Assembly: GCA_027925325.1 (NCBI GenBank) | Contig: AP027133.1 | Span: 120,001-152,000 of the forward strand | Source: Candidatus Saccharimonadota bacterium | GTDB lineage: Bacteria; Bacillota_I; Bacilli_A; Mycoplasmatales; Hepatoplasmataceae | Length of the DNA stretch: 32,000 nucleotides | Direction: 5' to 3' | In this document: in pieces, positions 1 to 10,812 of the stretch | Numbering within the stretch: the stretch's first letter is position 1 | Layout of the letters: each line of letters opens with the position of its first letter | Translations under genes and position numbers: made by a program | The notes under the pieces: generated by a model | The model's database searches: none | Seen by the model: the letters and a program-made list of their open reading frames with translations, nothing else | What the model was told of the DNA's origin: nothing

Positions 1-1
1 T

Positions 2-199
2 CTAACCGGAGCTGAAGCAGAAAAAATTTTAAAAAAACATCATATTACAGTTAATAAAAATGCGATCCCTTTTGATAAATTAAGTCCTAAAATTGCTTCT
101 GGAATTAGATTAGGAACGGCAGCGATGACAACAAAAGGATGAAAGGAAGCTGATTTTATTAAATTAGCTGATAAGATCTATCAATTATTACAAAAATAA
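2..199 (+). CDS. glyA: serine hydroxymethyltransferase, C-terminal fragment (5' end lies outside the window)
   Basis: Frame 2 reads [65 protein letters not shown]. This matches the conserved SHMT C-terminus (TVNKN.IP.D..SP...SGIR.GT.A.TT.G). One in-frame TGA is read as Trp. glyA-upp adjacency matches Bacillus-type synteny. The gene is absent from the ORF track because it is open at the 5' end. Confidence 0.85.
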
Positions 200-211
200 G
201 AGGAATCTAAT

Positions 212-838
212 ATGAAGATAAAAATTATTAATCATTCTTTAATTCAACATAAATTAACATTATTACGGAATAAAAATACAAATGCAAAAGATTTTCGTGA
301 ATATCTTAATGAAATCTCAAGATTATTAGCATTTGAGGTATTACGTGATATTAAATTAAAACAGATTGAGATTGAGACACCGATTCAAAAGACAAAGGCA
401 AAAGTTTTAAATGAAAAAATCAATTTATTCCCCATCTTAAGAGCGGGACAAGGAATGGTAGAGGGATTTTTAGGAGTCGTTCCAAATGCCAAAATCGGTC
501 ATATCGGTCTTTATCGTGATGAAAAAACATTTAAAGCGAAAAAATATCTTTTTAAATTTCCAAAAGATGCAAAAGAAGAAAGTTTAAATATTATTTTAGA
601 TCCGATGATTGCAACAGGCGGAAGTGCAATTGAGGCGATTAAATTTTTAAAAAAAGAAAACATCAAAAATATTAAATTCGTCTCAATTGTTACCGTCGAG
701 GAAGCAATTAATAAAATAAATCAAAAATTTCCCGATGTCGAACTTATTACCTGTGCTGTCGATCAAAAACTTAATCAAAAAGGATATATTATCCCTGGTC
801 TTGGTGATGCTGGTGATCGAATTTACGGGACTAAATAA
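212..838 (+). CDS. upp: uracil phosphoribosyltransferase
   Basis: Intact 208-aa ORF. The N-terminus (HSLIQHKLTLLRNKNT), the ILRAG loop, the PRPP-binding motif LDPMIATGGS and the C-terminal IIPGLGDAGDRIYGTK are all typical of Upp. An AGAGGA RBS lies 7 nt upstream. Confidence 0.95.
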   Translation: MKIKIINHSLIQHKLTLLRNKNTNAKDFREYLNEISRLLAFEVLRDIKLKQIEIETPIQKTKAKVLNEKINLFPILRAGQGMVEGFLGVVPNAKIGHIGLYRDEKTFKAKKYLFKFPKDAKEESLNIILDPMIATGGSAIEAIKFLKKENIKNIKFVSIVTVEEAINKINQKFPDVELITCAVDQKLNQKGYIIPGLGDAGDRIYGTK

Positions 839-846
839 TTTAATAA

Positions 847-1971
847 TTAATAGTTAAAAAATCTAATTGCTTTATTTTGATCTTTTATATCATATTTATC
901 AGAAAAATCTTTAATTATGATCTCTTGAATTTTATTTCTTGTTAATTTACTTCTTGGATGTCTTTTTACTTGTTGATCATCCAATTCTTTAATTGATAGA
1001 ATATTTTCTATTTTTTTTGTTAATTCAATTTCACTCATGTTATAATTTATTATTTTATTTTTCAAATATAAATTAAATATTACATAAAAATATAATGGCG
1101 ATTCCATTCTTTTATTATCTAAGTTTTTCAATGCAATATTATATGAATTTATTAATATATTTAATTTTTGAATAAATTCATTTCTTAATTTTAAATTATT
1201 TAATTTATTAAAATTAATAGTTTCATCTGAAAATCTTTTATAATAATTTCTTAGATTAGTGGCTGAGCCATCTTCCATTTTAAATTCTTTGCTTTCGAAC
1301 ATCATTATTAAATATGTCAAAAATTCTAAGACACCCATTCTCTTTTCTTGATTTAAACTAAATAATTTGTGTTTTTCCCCATACATTTTTTTGTAAAATA
1401 TTTCATTTTGAGTACTTCTTAAAAATTTACATAATTCACTTGGATAAATTGACATTCTTACTTCTTGTGCATTTAAATTAATTCCACCTGTGTTTAATCT
1501 TTCGAAAATATTATATAAATTTTGATCTTCTTCAACATTATTATCATTTTTATATAAATAACAAACACTAATTCTTAATTCTTTAAATTCATTTTGTTCT
1601 TTTTGGTCTAATTCATTAAATTTTAATCCCTCATATTTATTAACAGCAGGAATTTTTCCTGAATTTTTAAAATCTATTTTTCCATTAATATAATTTAAAA
1701 TTGTTGTCAATCTTTGTCTTCCATCTAAAACTTTTAATTCTTTAAATCTTAAATCTTTTTCTCCGTCTTTAAATTCTTTTTCAAATCAATGATTTGAAAA
1801 AATGACAACAGAAGGCATTGGAAGATTTTCTCATAATGTGGATATTAAAAGATCCTGCTTTTTCGTATTTCAAATAAAATTTCTTTGAATTTCATGTTCG
1901 AAAAAATCTGAATATAACTTGCTAAATTTTTCGATATCCTTTATTTTAACATTTCTATAAATATATTTCAT
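847..1971 (-). CDS. DUF262 (ParB/GmrSD N-terminal-like) domain protein with no recognisable DUF1524/HNH nuclease half
   Basis: ORF 847..1710 extends in frame through three TGA(Trp) codons to ATG at 1971, giving 374 aa. The N-terminus is MKYIYRNVKIKDIEKFSKLYSDFFEHEIQRNFIWNTKKQDLLISTLWENLPMPSVVIF...LDGRQRLTTILNYING...IFERLNTGGINLNAQEV. This carries the QR..(V/I)W, DG(Q/R)QRLTT and F.R.N.GG..L hallmarks of DUF262. The C-terminal ~200 aa is helical with no His-Me or DUF1524 motif that I can see. Confidence 0.8.
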
Positions 1972-2084
1972 TTTTGCTAATTTTAAATTCCCCTTAGTTT
2001 AATAATATTTTAACAATTTATATATAACAAATATTTATATATAATTAATATATATTAATTATAAATTTATTTAAGAGATTAAAA

Positions 2085-2741
2085 ATGAAATTAAATAGTA
2101 TTTTGATGGATTTGAATAATAATAAAAAATTAGGTTTTTTAAATGCAAAAAAAGGCAAAGATTTTGAAGATAGAATTGTATCTTTATTAATAAGTAAAGA
2201 GTATACTAGATTACCAAATGATGAATTTAAAAACTTAAAATATTTCAAGGAAATAAAAAAAGCAATTATTAATTTTAATAAAGAAGGAATTGTTAAAATT
2301 AATAATCCAGAACTTATTGAAATTTCGAATTCGCCTAGATTAGTTTATCAACCATTTGGAAAGCAATATTCGCCTGATTTGTTATTAATTAAAAAAGGAA
2401 GCATAGTTCCAATTGAATTAAAATTTACAGCAAAAAAAGTAAAAAATCCAGTTTGAAATTCAGGATTACCTAGACAAAATTATCTATATGTTTTTGGTTC
2501 ATATGAATTAAAGGATATTTCTTTTTTTTCTGGGAGTGATTTATTAACTTTTGAAGAGGAATTTGAAATTAAAAAATTAGTTAATAGTGAACGTGAAAAA
2601 TTAAAAAATAACGGATTAAAAATTCTTGATACTTTTGAAATATATTTAAGACCTATGTATAATCAAAAGAGTAATATTTGAAAAAATCCTAAAAGAGAAA
2701 ATTTTCAACTTCATGCTATTAATTTATTTAAAGATTTTTAA
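2085..2741 (+). CDS. putative type II restriction endonuclease (PD-(D/E)xK candidate)
   Basis: ORF 2085..2456 extends through two in-frame TGAs to TAA at 2739-2741, giving 218 aa. It contains ...YQPFGKQYSPDLLLIKKGSIVPIELKF..., a PD...x13...E-L-K arrangement. It sits 5 nt upstream of, and co-oriented with, an N6-adenine methyltransferase gene. I could not assign a named family. Confidence 0.55.
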
Positions 2742-2746
2742 ATCAA

Positions 2747-3664
2747 ATGGAATTAGATAAATTTTATACAAATCCAAAAATAATTAAAGGATTAATTGAA
2801 AAAATTGATAAAAGATTAAAAGGTGTTGGTTTAAATTTTTCTGATTTTATTTGAATAGAACCATCTGCTGGTAGTGGTAATTTTATTGACGCTTTAAAAA
2901 AATATTCTAAAAAAATAAATCCTAAAATAAAAATAAAAGCATATGACATTGAACCTCATGGAAACATTAAATTTATAGAAAAAATAAATTTTTTGGAATT
3001 AAAATCTGAATATTCAAGTAAAAATATTATTTTTGGTAATCCTCCTTTTGGGAAAAGATCTAAATTAGCAATTGATTTTATAAATAAATCTTCTGAATTT
3101 GCTGATATAATAGCTTTTATTTTGCCTAATCAATTTAAAAGATATTTAACACAAAATAAAATTAATCCAAATTTAAAATTAATATCTCAATTTAAAATTA
3201 CAGAAGATTCTTTTTTAGTTAATGATAGAGCATATAATGTAAATTGTGTTTTTCAAATTTGGGTTTCAAAAAACAGAATCGAATTTGAAAAAATAAAAGA
3301 TAAAAGAATATATAAATCATCTAAAATAAGAATTTCTGATTTAGATACATTTATTTATAATAATACTAAAGAAACCCGAAAGTATTTTAATAAAAATATT
3401 TATAAATGAGATTTTGCAGTTCATAGACAAGGATATTATGATTATTCTGAGTTAATTGAAGATGAAAAAAAATTAAACAAAAAAAGACAATATTTTTTTA
3501 TAAAGTGTAAAAATGAAAATTGTAAAAATATTGTTAGAAAAATTGATTTTAAGAGTATTTCAAAATCAAATACATCTATTCCTGGTTATTCAACAAGTGA
3601 TTTTATAAAAATTTATAAAAAAACAAAAAAAGATAATAATAAGAATAATAATGATTTTAAGTAA
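2747..3664 (+). CDS. N6-adenine DNA methyltransferase, gamma-class motif order (X-I-IV)
   Basis: ATG at 2747 is in frame with ORF 2993..3409 across a TGA and continues across a second TGA to TAA at 3662-3664, giving 305 aa. Motif X-like FYTNP, motif I IEPSAGSGNFI (SAM binding) and motif IV GNPPFG (catalytic NPPF) are present in that order. Confidence 0.85.
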
Positions 3665-4115
3665 ATTAATAAATATAGATTATAATTTAAAAATTTTAAT
3701 TAATTTTACAATAATTGCTTTTTTCACATTGATTATAAGTTTAATTATATATCATTGGTATGATTTTGTTTTTTATAGTTTTGCCTATAGTTTTTTGGTG
3801 ATCTATTTTATGATTATGATTACTTTTTTGGTTGATAAACTTTTTAAAAATAAAATTTCTGTTTTGATTTCTTTATTTTTATTTTTAATAAGAATTATCA
3901 TTTTTTTATTTTTTTTATTTTTGGCAATATATGTAATTAATTTAATGATTTTGGATACAAAAGGGGTAGAATTAATAATGAAACCAATAAATATTTTTAT
4001 ATATTTATTATCTTATACTTTGTATTATCTGGCTCTTTTTTTAGTTCCGTTTTATGATTGAATACTTTTTTTGTTTTTAAAGCGAAAAAATGATAAAAAT
4101 ATTAAAAATGATTAA
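3651..4115 (+). CDS. atpI: small polytopic membrane protein in the AtpI position of the atp operon
   Basis: ORF 3651..4061 plus one TGA(Trp) extends to TAA at 4113-4115, giving 154 aa. It is extremely hydrophobic with about four predicted helices. It lies immediately upstream of atpB, as atpI does in Bacillus-type operons. The call rests on position and hydrophobicity only. The start overlaps the methyltransferase stop by 14 nt. Confidence 0.5.
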
Positions 4116-4120
4116 TAAAT

Positions 4121-4936
4121 ATGAATACTTATCTTAATTACTTACAAGCCGAAGAAGGTGATACACCATTAGATTTAGTTTTAAATTTAGGTGCTTTTAT
4201 TTTTACGCTAATTGTTACGCTTGTAATTACAATTTCAATCGTTATTTATATTAATAGAAAACTTAAAAAATTTGATCCAGAAAAACCGGCAACAGGAATT
4301 GTTTTATTTACACAAAATTATGTAAATGGATTTAATAATTTATTTGATTCAATTACTGGCAATAGATTAAGAAAAGCATATCCTTATTTTTTTACTTTAT
4401 TTAATTTTATTTTAGTTGCCGATCTTTTATCATTATTTAATTTATTACCGGCTGCTACAAGTATCGCTTTTACATTTACATTAGGAATTATTACTTTTAT
4501 TGGAATTTATGTTGTCGGGATTTGTACAAATGGATTAATTCATTTTATTAGACACAAATATGCAAATCCAATTGAAATTTTAGGACAATTTAGTCCACTA
4601 CTTTCAATTTCGATTCGTCTTTTTGGGGCAACACTTGCTGGATATGTCGTTGATGAAATTATCGTTATTATGGTAGGTGGAGTAACAGATAATAATGAAC
4701 AAGCGATGTTATTTACAGAATTAGGAATTTCTCCAGGAATATGAGTATGGGAGATTATTGATTCGGGATTAACAATTATTCAAGCTTTTGTTTTTGCCGT
4801 TTTAACATGTTTATATTGAAGTTTAGATCATGGTCCTTCTTGAAAAAGAAGCGAGAGAAAAAAACATTTTAAAGCTGAAAAAGAACTTAAGAAACAATTA
4901 AGAACAGAGAAAAAACAGACGAAAAGTAGTGGATAA
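4121..4936 (+). CDS. atpB: F0F1 ATP synthase subunit a
   Basis: ORF 4121..4744 joins through three TGA(Trp) codons to TAA at 4934-4936, giving 271 aa. It has the conserved LSISIRLFGATLAG (essential Arg) motif and the C-terminal IIQAFVFAVLTCLYW motif. Confidence 0.9.
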
Positions 4937-4983
4937 TTTTATTATTTTTCGTTATCTAAATACAAGCAATTTAAGGAGAAACA

Positions 4984-5415
4984 ATGAATAAAAATTTAAA
5001 TACAAATGTAAAAATAAATAATGAATATAAAAATTTAAAATTATTTGTAAAATGATCAACATTAATTTTGGCAATTATTACATTTATTTTAGTTATTTTG
5101 GCTTTTTTAATTCATTATGATGTAATTTTTGCAGATACATCAAATGTATTATTATCAACACAGGATCAAATGGTCGGAGAAACAAATATTTCAGATAAAG
5201 GACTTGCTTATCTTGGGGCAGGGGTTGCTTCAATCGGATTTTTAGGAGCAGGAGCAGGACAAGGTTATGCTGCTGGAAAAGCTTCTGAAGCGGTAGGACG
5301 AAATCCTGAAGCTGAAGGTAAAATTAGAAATATGATGATTATTGGGGCAGCGATCGCTGAATCAAGTTCTCTTTATGCATTGGTTGTTGCTATTTTATTA
5401 ATTTTTGTTGTCTAG
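4984..5415 (+). CDS. atpE: F0F1 ATP synthase subunit c with an N-terminal extension
   Basis: ATG at 4984 is preceded by an AAGGAGA RBS and is in frame with track ORF 5068..5415 (a TTG start) through one TGA, giving 143 aa. The canonical hairpin reads GAGAGQGYAAGKASEAVGRNPEA...IIGAAIAESSSLYALVVAILL. Confidence 0.9.
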
Positions 5416-5432
5416 AGTTAAAGGATATAAGA

Positions 5433-5927
5433 ATGGATTTTGGTTTAAAAGTCTTAATTGAATCATTAGCAACAATTATTAGCTTAGGAATTTTATTTGT
5501 CTTGCTTTCTTATTTACTTTACTTTCCGATTAAGGATAGTATTAAAAAAAGAGAAAAATTTTTAAGTGATCGATACAGCGATGCAAATAAAATTAATGCC
5601 GATGCTTTAAAGACACAGAATGCCATTGATAAAAGCCTAAAAGATTCTAAAAATGAAGCAAAAGAAATCGTTGATTCATCAAAAAAAGAAGCTTTAGAAC
5701 TAAAGAATCAAATTATTGAAGAGGCAAATACGAAGGCAAAAAATACGATTGTACAAGCAAGAGAACAGCTCAAAAAAGAAGAAATTGATATGTATGAGAA
5801 GATAAAAGAAGATATTTCCTCAATTTCAATTTTAGTTGCAGAAAAAATCCTTGAGAAAAAGGTTAATACAAAAGTCGATCAAAAAATGATCGATGATTTG
5901 GTAAAAATAATTCAAAATGAAAAATAA
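5433..5927 (+). CDS. atpF: F0F1 ATP synthase subunit b
   Basis: 164 aa with a single N-terminal TM helix followed by a long charged helix (KKREKFLSDRYSDANK...). It lies between atpE and atpH. Confidence 0.85.
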   Translation: MDFGLKVLIESLATIISLGILFVLLSYLLYFPIKDSIKKREKFLSDRYSDANKINADALKTQNAIDKSLKDSKNEAKEIVDSSKKEALELKNQIIEEANTKAKNTIVQAREQLKKEEIDMYEKIKEDISSISILVAEKILEKKVNTKVDQKMIDDLVKIIQNEK

Positions 5928-6477
5928 TCAAACTCTTTTGCCTTTTGTTGATGCCTTTTATCAATTAGCAAAGGAACAAAAAAAATTAAAAAAATCATTA
6001 ATATTAGTTAAACAAACTTTGGAAAGTCTAGATCAAACTAATTTTGTTAATTTTCTTGCAAATTATAATATTGAATTGGAAACTAAAAAAAAGGTTTTGC
6101 AAAAAATTTATCATAAAGATCTTTTATTTATAAATTGAATTCTTGTTTTAATTGAAGATAAAGTTGTCAGAAGTTTAGATTTTATCTTACGTAAATTTAT
6201 TCAGATTTATAATTTTGAATATAAGATTGTTGAAGGTCAAATTTTTTCAGCAAGAAAACTTAATAATAATCAAATTAAAAAAATTACCGATGCGATTAAA
6301 AATAAATGACAGAAAAAGATTTATTTAGAAGCAAAAATAGATGCAGAATTAATCGGTGGCGCAAAAATTATTGTCGGTGATAATGTTTGAGATAATTCAA
6401 TTTTAAAAAAATTAAATGATTTAACTGAAGAATTGGTAAATAAGAAAGGTCTGATTACATTAGATGGCAAATATTAA
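5917..6477 (+). CDS. atpH: F0F1 ATP synthase subunit delta (OSCP)
   Basis: ORF 5917..6138 extends through three TGA(Trp) codons to TAA at 6475-6477, giving 186 aa. The C-terminal ELIGGAKIIVGDNVWDNSI matches the OSCP LIGG...D.S motif. It overlaps the atpF end and the atpA start. Confidence 0.8.
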
Positions 6478-7981
6478 TATAACTAGTATAATTAAAAATC
6501 AGATTAAAAATTATAATCTTGAAGCGAAAAAAATTTCAGAAGGAAGAGTAATTGCAATTTCAGATGGGATAGCTACCGTTTCTGGTCTTTATGATACACA
6601 ATTAGGGGAATTATTAAGATTTCCCAAAGATACCTTTGGGATGACATTAAATTTGGAAGAAGATTTAATCGGTGTAATTCTTTTGGGTGAGTATTCTCAT
6701 ATAAATGAGGGAGATAAGGTTTTACGAACAAAAGAAATTGTTCGTGTTCCAGTCGGTAATAATCTTTTAGGAAGAATTGTTAACTCATTAGGACAAGCTG
6801 TCGATGGGAAATCAATAATTAAATCTGATAAGGCCCGTGAAATTGAACGGGTTGCTTTAGGAATAATGACAAGACAATCTGTTAATCAACCGTTAGAAAC
6901 GGGAATTTTAGCGATTGATGCGATGATTCCGATCGGAAAAGGGCAACGGGAATTAATTATCGGCGATCGGAAGACAGGAAAAACAGCGATTGCTGTTGAT
7001 ACGATTATTAATCAAAGAGGTAAGAATGTTAAATGTGTTTATGTCTCAATTGGTCAAAAAAATTCTTCACTTGCAATCATTACGCAAAAATTAATCGATG
7101 CTGATGCTTTAAAATATACGACAATTATCGCAGCTAATTCTTCTGAATCTGATGCTATGCAATATATCGCTCCTTATTCAGGAATTGCCATTGCGGAAGA
7201 ATGAATGGAAAATGGCGAAGATGTTTTAATAATCTTTGATGATTTAAGTAAACACGCTGTTGCTTATCGTTCTCTTTCCTTGCTTTTAAGAAGACCACCG
7301 GGAAGGGAAGCTTATCCTGGTGATGTTTTCTATATTCATTCTCGTTTACTAGAAAGAGCAGCTAAACTTAATCAAAAATATGGAAATGGTTCAATTACAG
7401 CCCTTCCAATTATTGAAACACAGGCCGGTGATATCTCTGCTTATATTCCAACAAATGTAATTTCCATTACAGATGGACAGATTTTCCTAATGACCGACGC
7501 TTTTAATTCTGGACAAAGACCGGCTGTTGATTCAGGGCTCTCTGTTTCTCGTGTTGGATCAGCAGCACAGACAAAACTTATCAAAAAAGTCGCTTCTTCT
7601 TTAAAATTACAATTAGCAAATTACGGGGAAATAAAATCGTTCTCTGAATTTTCTTCTGATCTTGATCAAGAGACAAAAACAATTCTTGAAAATGGCGAAA
7701 AGATAATGGCTTTTTTAAAGCAAAAACAATATTCTCCTTATGATCAAGGATATCAAGCAATCATTCTTTATATTATTGATCGAAAAATGATCGATCTTTT
7801 AAATGTAGAAGATATTTCTGATTTTAAGGAATTTTTAGCAAAAGAAATTAAAAATAGACAAGAATATCAAAAAATTTTAAAGGAAATGAATCAAAAACTT
7901 GATTTTGAAAAAGAAATTGAAGATAAATTAGATTCTTTACTTAAAAAAGCAATTAATAAATTTAATCAGGAACATAATTAA
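6464..7981 (+). CDS. atpA: F0F1 ATP synthase subunit alpha
   Basis: ORFs 6464..7204 and 7205..7981 share a frame and are joined by one TGA (..[27 protein letters not shown]..), giving 505 aa. It has the Walker A GDRKTGKT and the conserved alpha signature regions. Confidence 0.97.
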
Positions 7982-8020
7982 ATTTAAACTTAATTTTAAT
8001 TTTTAAAATTAGGAGATAAT

Positions 8021-8866
8021 ATGGCACAATTAAAGAAATTAAAGGAACAACAAAATTCAATTCGCTCGATTAATAAAATTACGAAGGCGATGAAATTGGT
8101 TTCAACAGCAAAATCGCAAAAAGCTTTGAAAAGATTAAAGAATTATAAAAATTATTATTTACAGATTGAAAAAATAGTAGATGATATTGCAAAAGATGTT
8201 ACGCAAAAAAAAGAATTTAAAGGTACAAGTTTTGTCATTTTTACCTCTGATCTTGGTCTTGTTGGTGGTTATAATTCAAATATTATTAAAATTATTCGTA
8301 GTCAATTTAATCTTCGTACAGACAAAATTATTATCGTTGGGACAAAAGGAAATTCTTTTGCAAAAGAATTAGCTGCAAAAAATATTGCAAAGGATCGAAT
8401 TTTAACTGTAGCTTCAGATGAATTTTCCTTTGCAAAAGGACTTTCAAATGGCGTAAGAATCTTACTTGGTGATTATTTTGAGAAGGATTTAAAAATTGTT
8501 TGTATTTATACGAAGTATTTTTCACAAATATCATTTGAAGCAACAGCAAAGACTTTACTGCCAATTGAAATTGATAAAAATAATCTTGATAGTAAAGAAA
8601 ATATCTCAGCCGTAACAGAATATGAACCAGAAAAAGAGATTTTATTAAATGAGATTTTATCGATTTATTTAGAATCACTTTTATTTGGATATTATCTTGA
8701 ATCAATCACTTCTGAATATACATCAAGGCGGGTGGCGATGGAAAATGCCGCAAAAAATGGTGACGATATGTTAAAAAAATTAAGTATTGCTTTCAATCGT
8801 GAACGACAAGCAAAAATAACACAAGAAATTTCAGAAGTTATTGGTGGAGCAGAAGCTTTAAAATAA
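8021..8866 (+). CDS. atpG: F0F1 ATP synthase subunit gamma
   Basis: 281 aa. The N-terminal IRSINKITKAMKLVSTAK and C-terminal RQAKITQEISEVIGGAEAL are typical gamma motifs. A TAGGAGA RBS is present. Confidence 0.95.
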   Translation: MAQLKKLKEQQNSIRSINKITKAMKLVSTAKSQKALKRLKNYKNYYLQIEKIVDDIAKDVTQKKEFKGTSFVIFTSDLGLVGGYNSNIIKIIRSQFNLRTDKIIIVGTKGNSFAKELAAKNIAKDRILTVASDEFSFAKGLSNGVRILLGDYFEKDLKIVCIYTKYFSQISFEATAKTLLPIEIDKNNLDSKENISAVTEYEPEKEILLNEILSIYLESLLFGYYLESITSEYTSRRVAMENAAKNGDDMLKKLSIAFNRERQAKITQEISEVIGGAEALK

Positions 8867-8869
8867 TAA

Positions 8870-10258
<1,389 letters not shown>

Positions 10259-10266
10259 TATTTAAG

Positions 10267-10674
10267 ATGGCTAGTACTTTTAAATTATCAATTTTAACAC
10301 CACGAGAGACCTTTTTTATTAGTGAAGTCCAATTGCTAGATATTGAGATATATAATGGTTATGTTGGAATTTTAAAAGGACATATTCCGCTTGTTTCTTC
10401 TATCAAAACAAACTATTTTTGAATCTTAGATGAAAAAGGTGATAAGAAAAAAGGCGTAATTTTAGATGGAATTTTAAGTGTTTCACAATCTGAAGTTACA
10501 GTTATTACTTCACGAGTTAATTGATTGGCCGATAAAGAATTAAAAGTAATAAATGCTAAGATTAAGGAAAAAAGTGATCTTTTAAAAAATGATAAATTGA
10601 GTTCTTTTGAACGAAAAGAACTAGAAAAAAAACTTCTTTTTTATCAAAAAAGATTAGAAGGAAGCGAGAATTAA
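10267..10674 (+). CDS. atpC: F0F1 ATP synthase subunit epsilon
   Basis: Absent from the ORF track because two in-frame TGAs cut it into short pieces. ATG at 10267 reads MASTFKLSILTPRETFFISEVQLLDIEIYNGYVGILKGHIPLVSSI... to TAA at 10672-10674, giving 135 aa. It has the typical epsilon N-terminal beta-sandwich motif (G..GIL.GH.PL) and sits after atpD. Confidence 0.85.
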
Positions 10675-10714
10675 TCTTTAGATATTTTTTATATTTAGAA
10701 ATAAAAATAAAAAT

Positions 10715-10740
10715 AGATCCTTTTGGATCTTTTTATTTTT
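10715..10740 (+). terminator. rho-independent terminator of the atp operon
   Basis: Stem AGATCC (10715-10720), loop TTTT, stem GGATCT (10725-10730), then TTTTATTTTT. It lies 40 nt after the atpC stop. Confidence 0.7.
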
Positions 10741-10812
10741 AAAAAAGAGCGATTTAAAATTATTAAAGGATATAAAAATTAAATATAATGTAATTAAATG
10801 GAGGAGAAATTT

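Noticed and set aside
1972-2084. AT-rich near-palindromes (around TATATAATTAATATATA) in the DUF262/R divergent region could be C-protein or operator boxes.
   Set aside because: The palindromes are imperfect and made of low-complexity TA repeats that are expected by chance here. No controller (C) protein gene is present.
2045-2949. Track ORFs 2045..2248 (-) and 2764..2949 (-) lie opposite the R and M genes.
   Set aside because: They are antisense shadow ORFs of AT-rich coding sequence. The + strand frames carry the PD-ExK motif and the SAM-binding and NPPF motifs.
2522-3472. Homopolymer tracts inside the R gene (T8 at 2522-2529) and the M gene (A8 at 3465-3472) could be phase-variation switches.
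   Set aside because: Runs of 7-9 A or T are frequent throughout this AT-rich window, including in housekeeping genes. They are shorter than tracts usually shown to slip. There is no evidence of variation from a single sequence.
8181-8705. Track ORFs 8181..8372 (+) and 8331..8705 (-) lie inside atpG.
   Set aside because: They are alternative-frame or antisense shadows of the well-supported gamma subunit gene. Their translations are low-complexity Leu/Lys/Gln strings with no RBS or motif.
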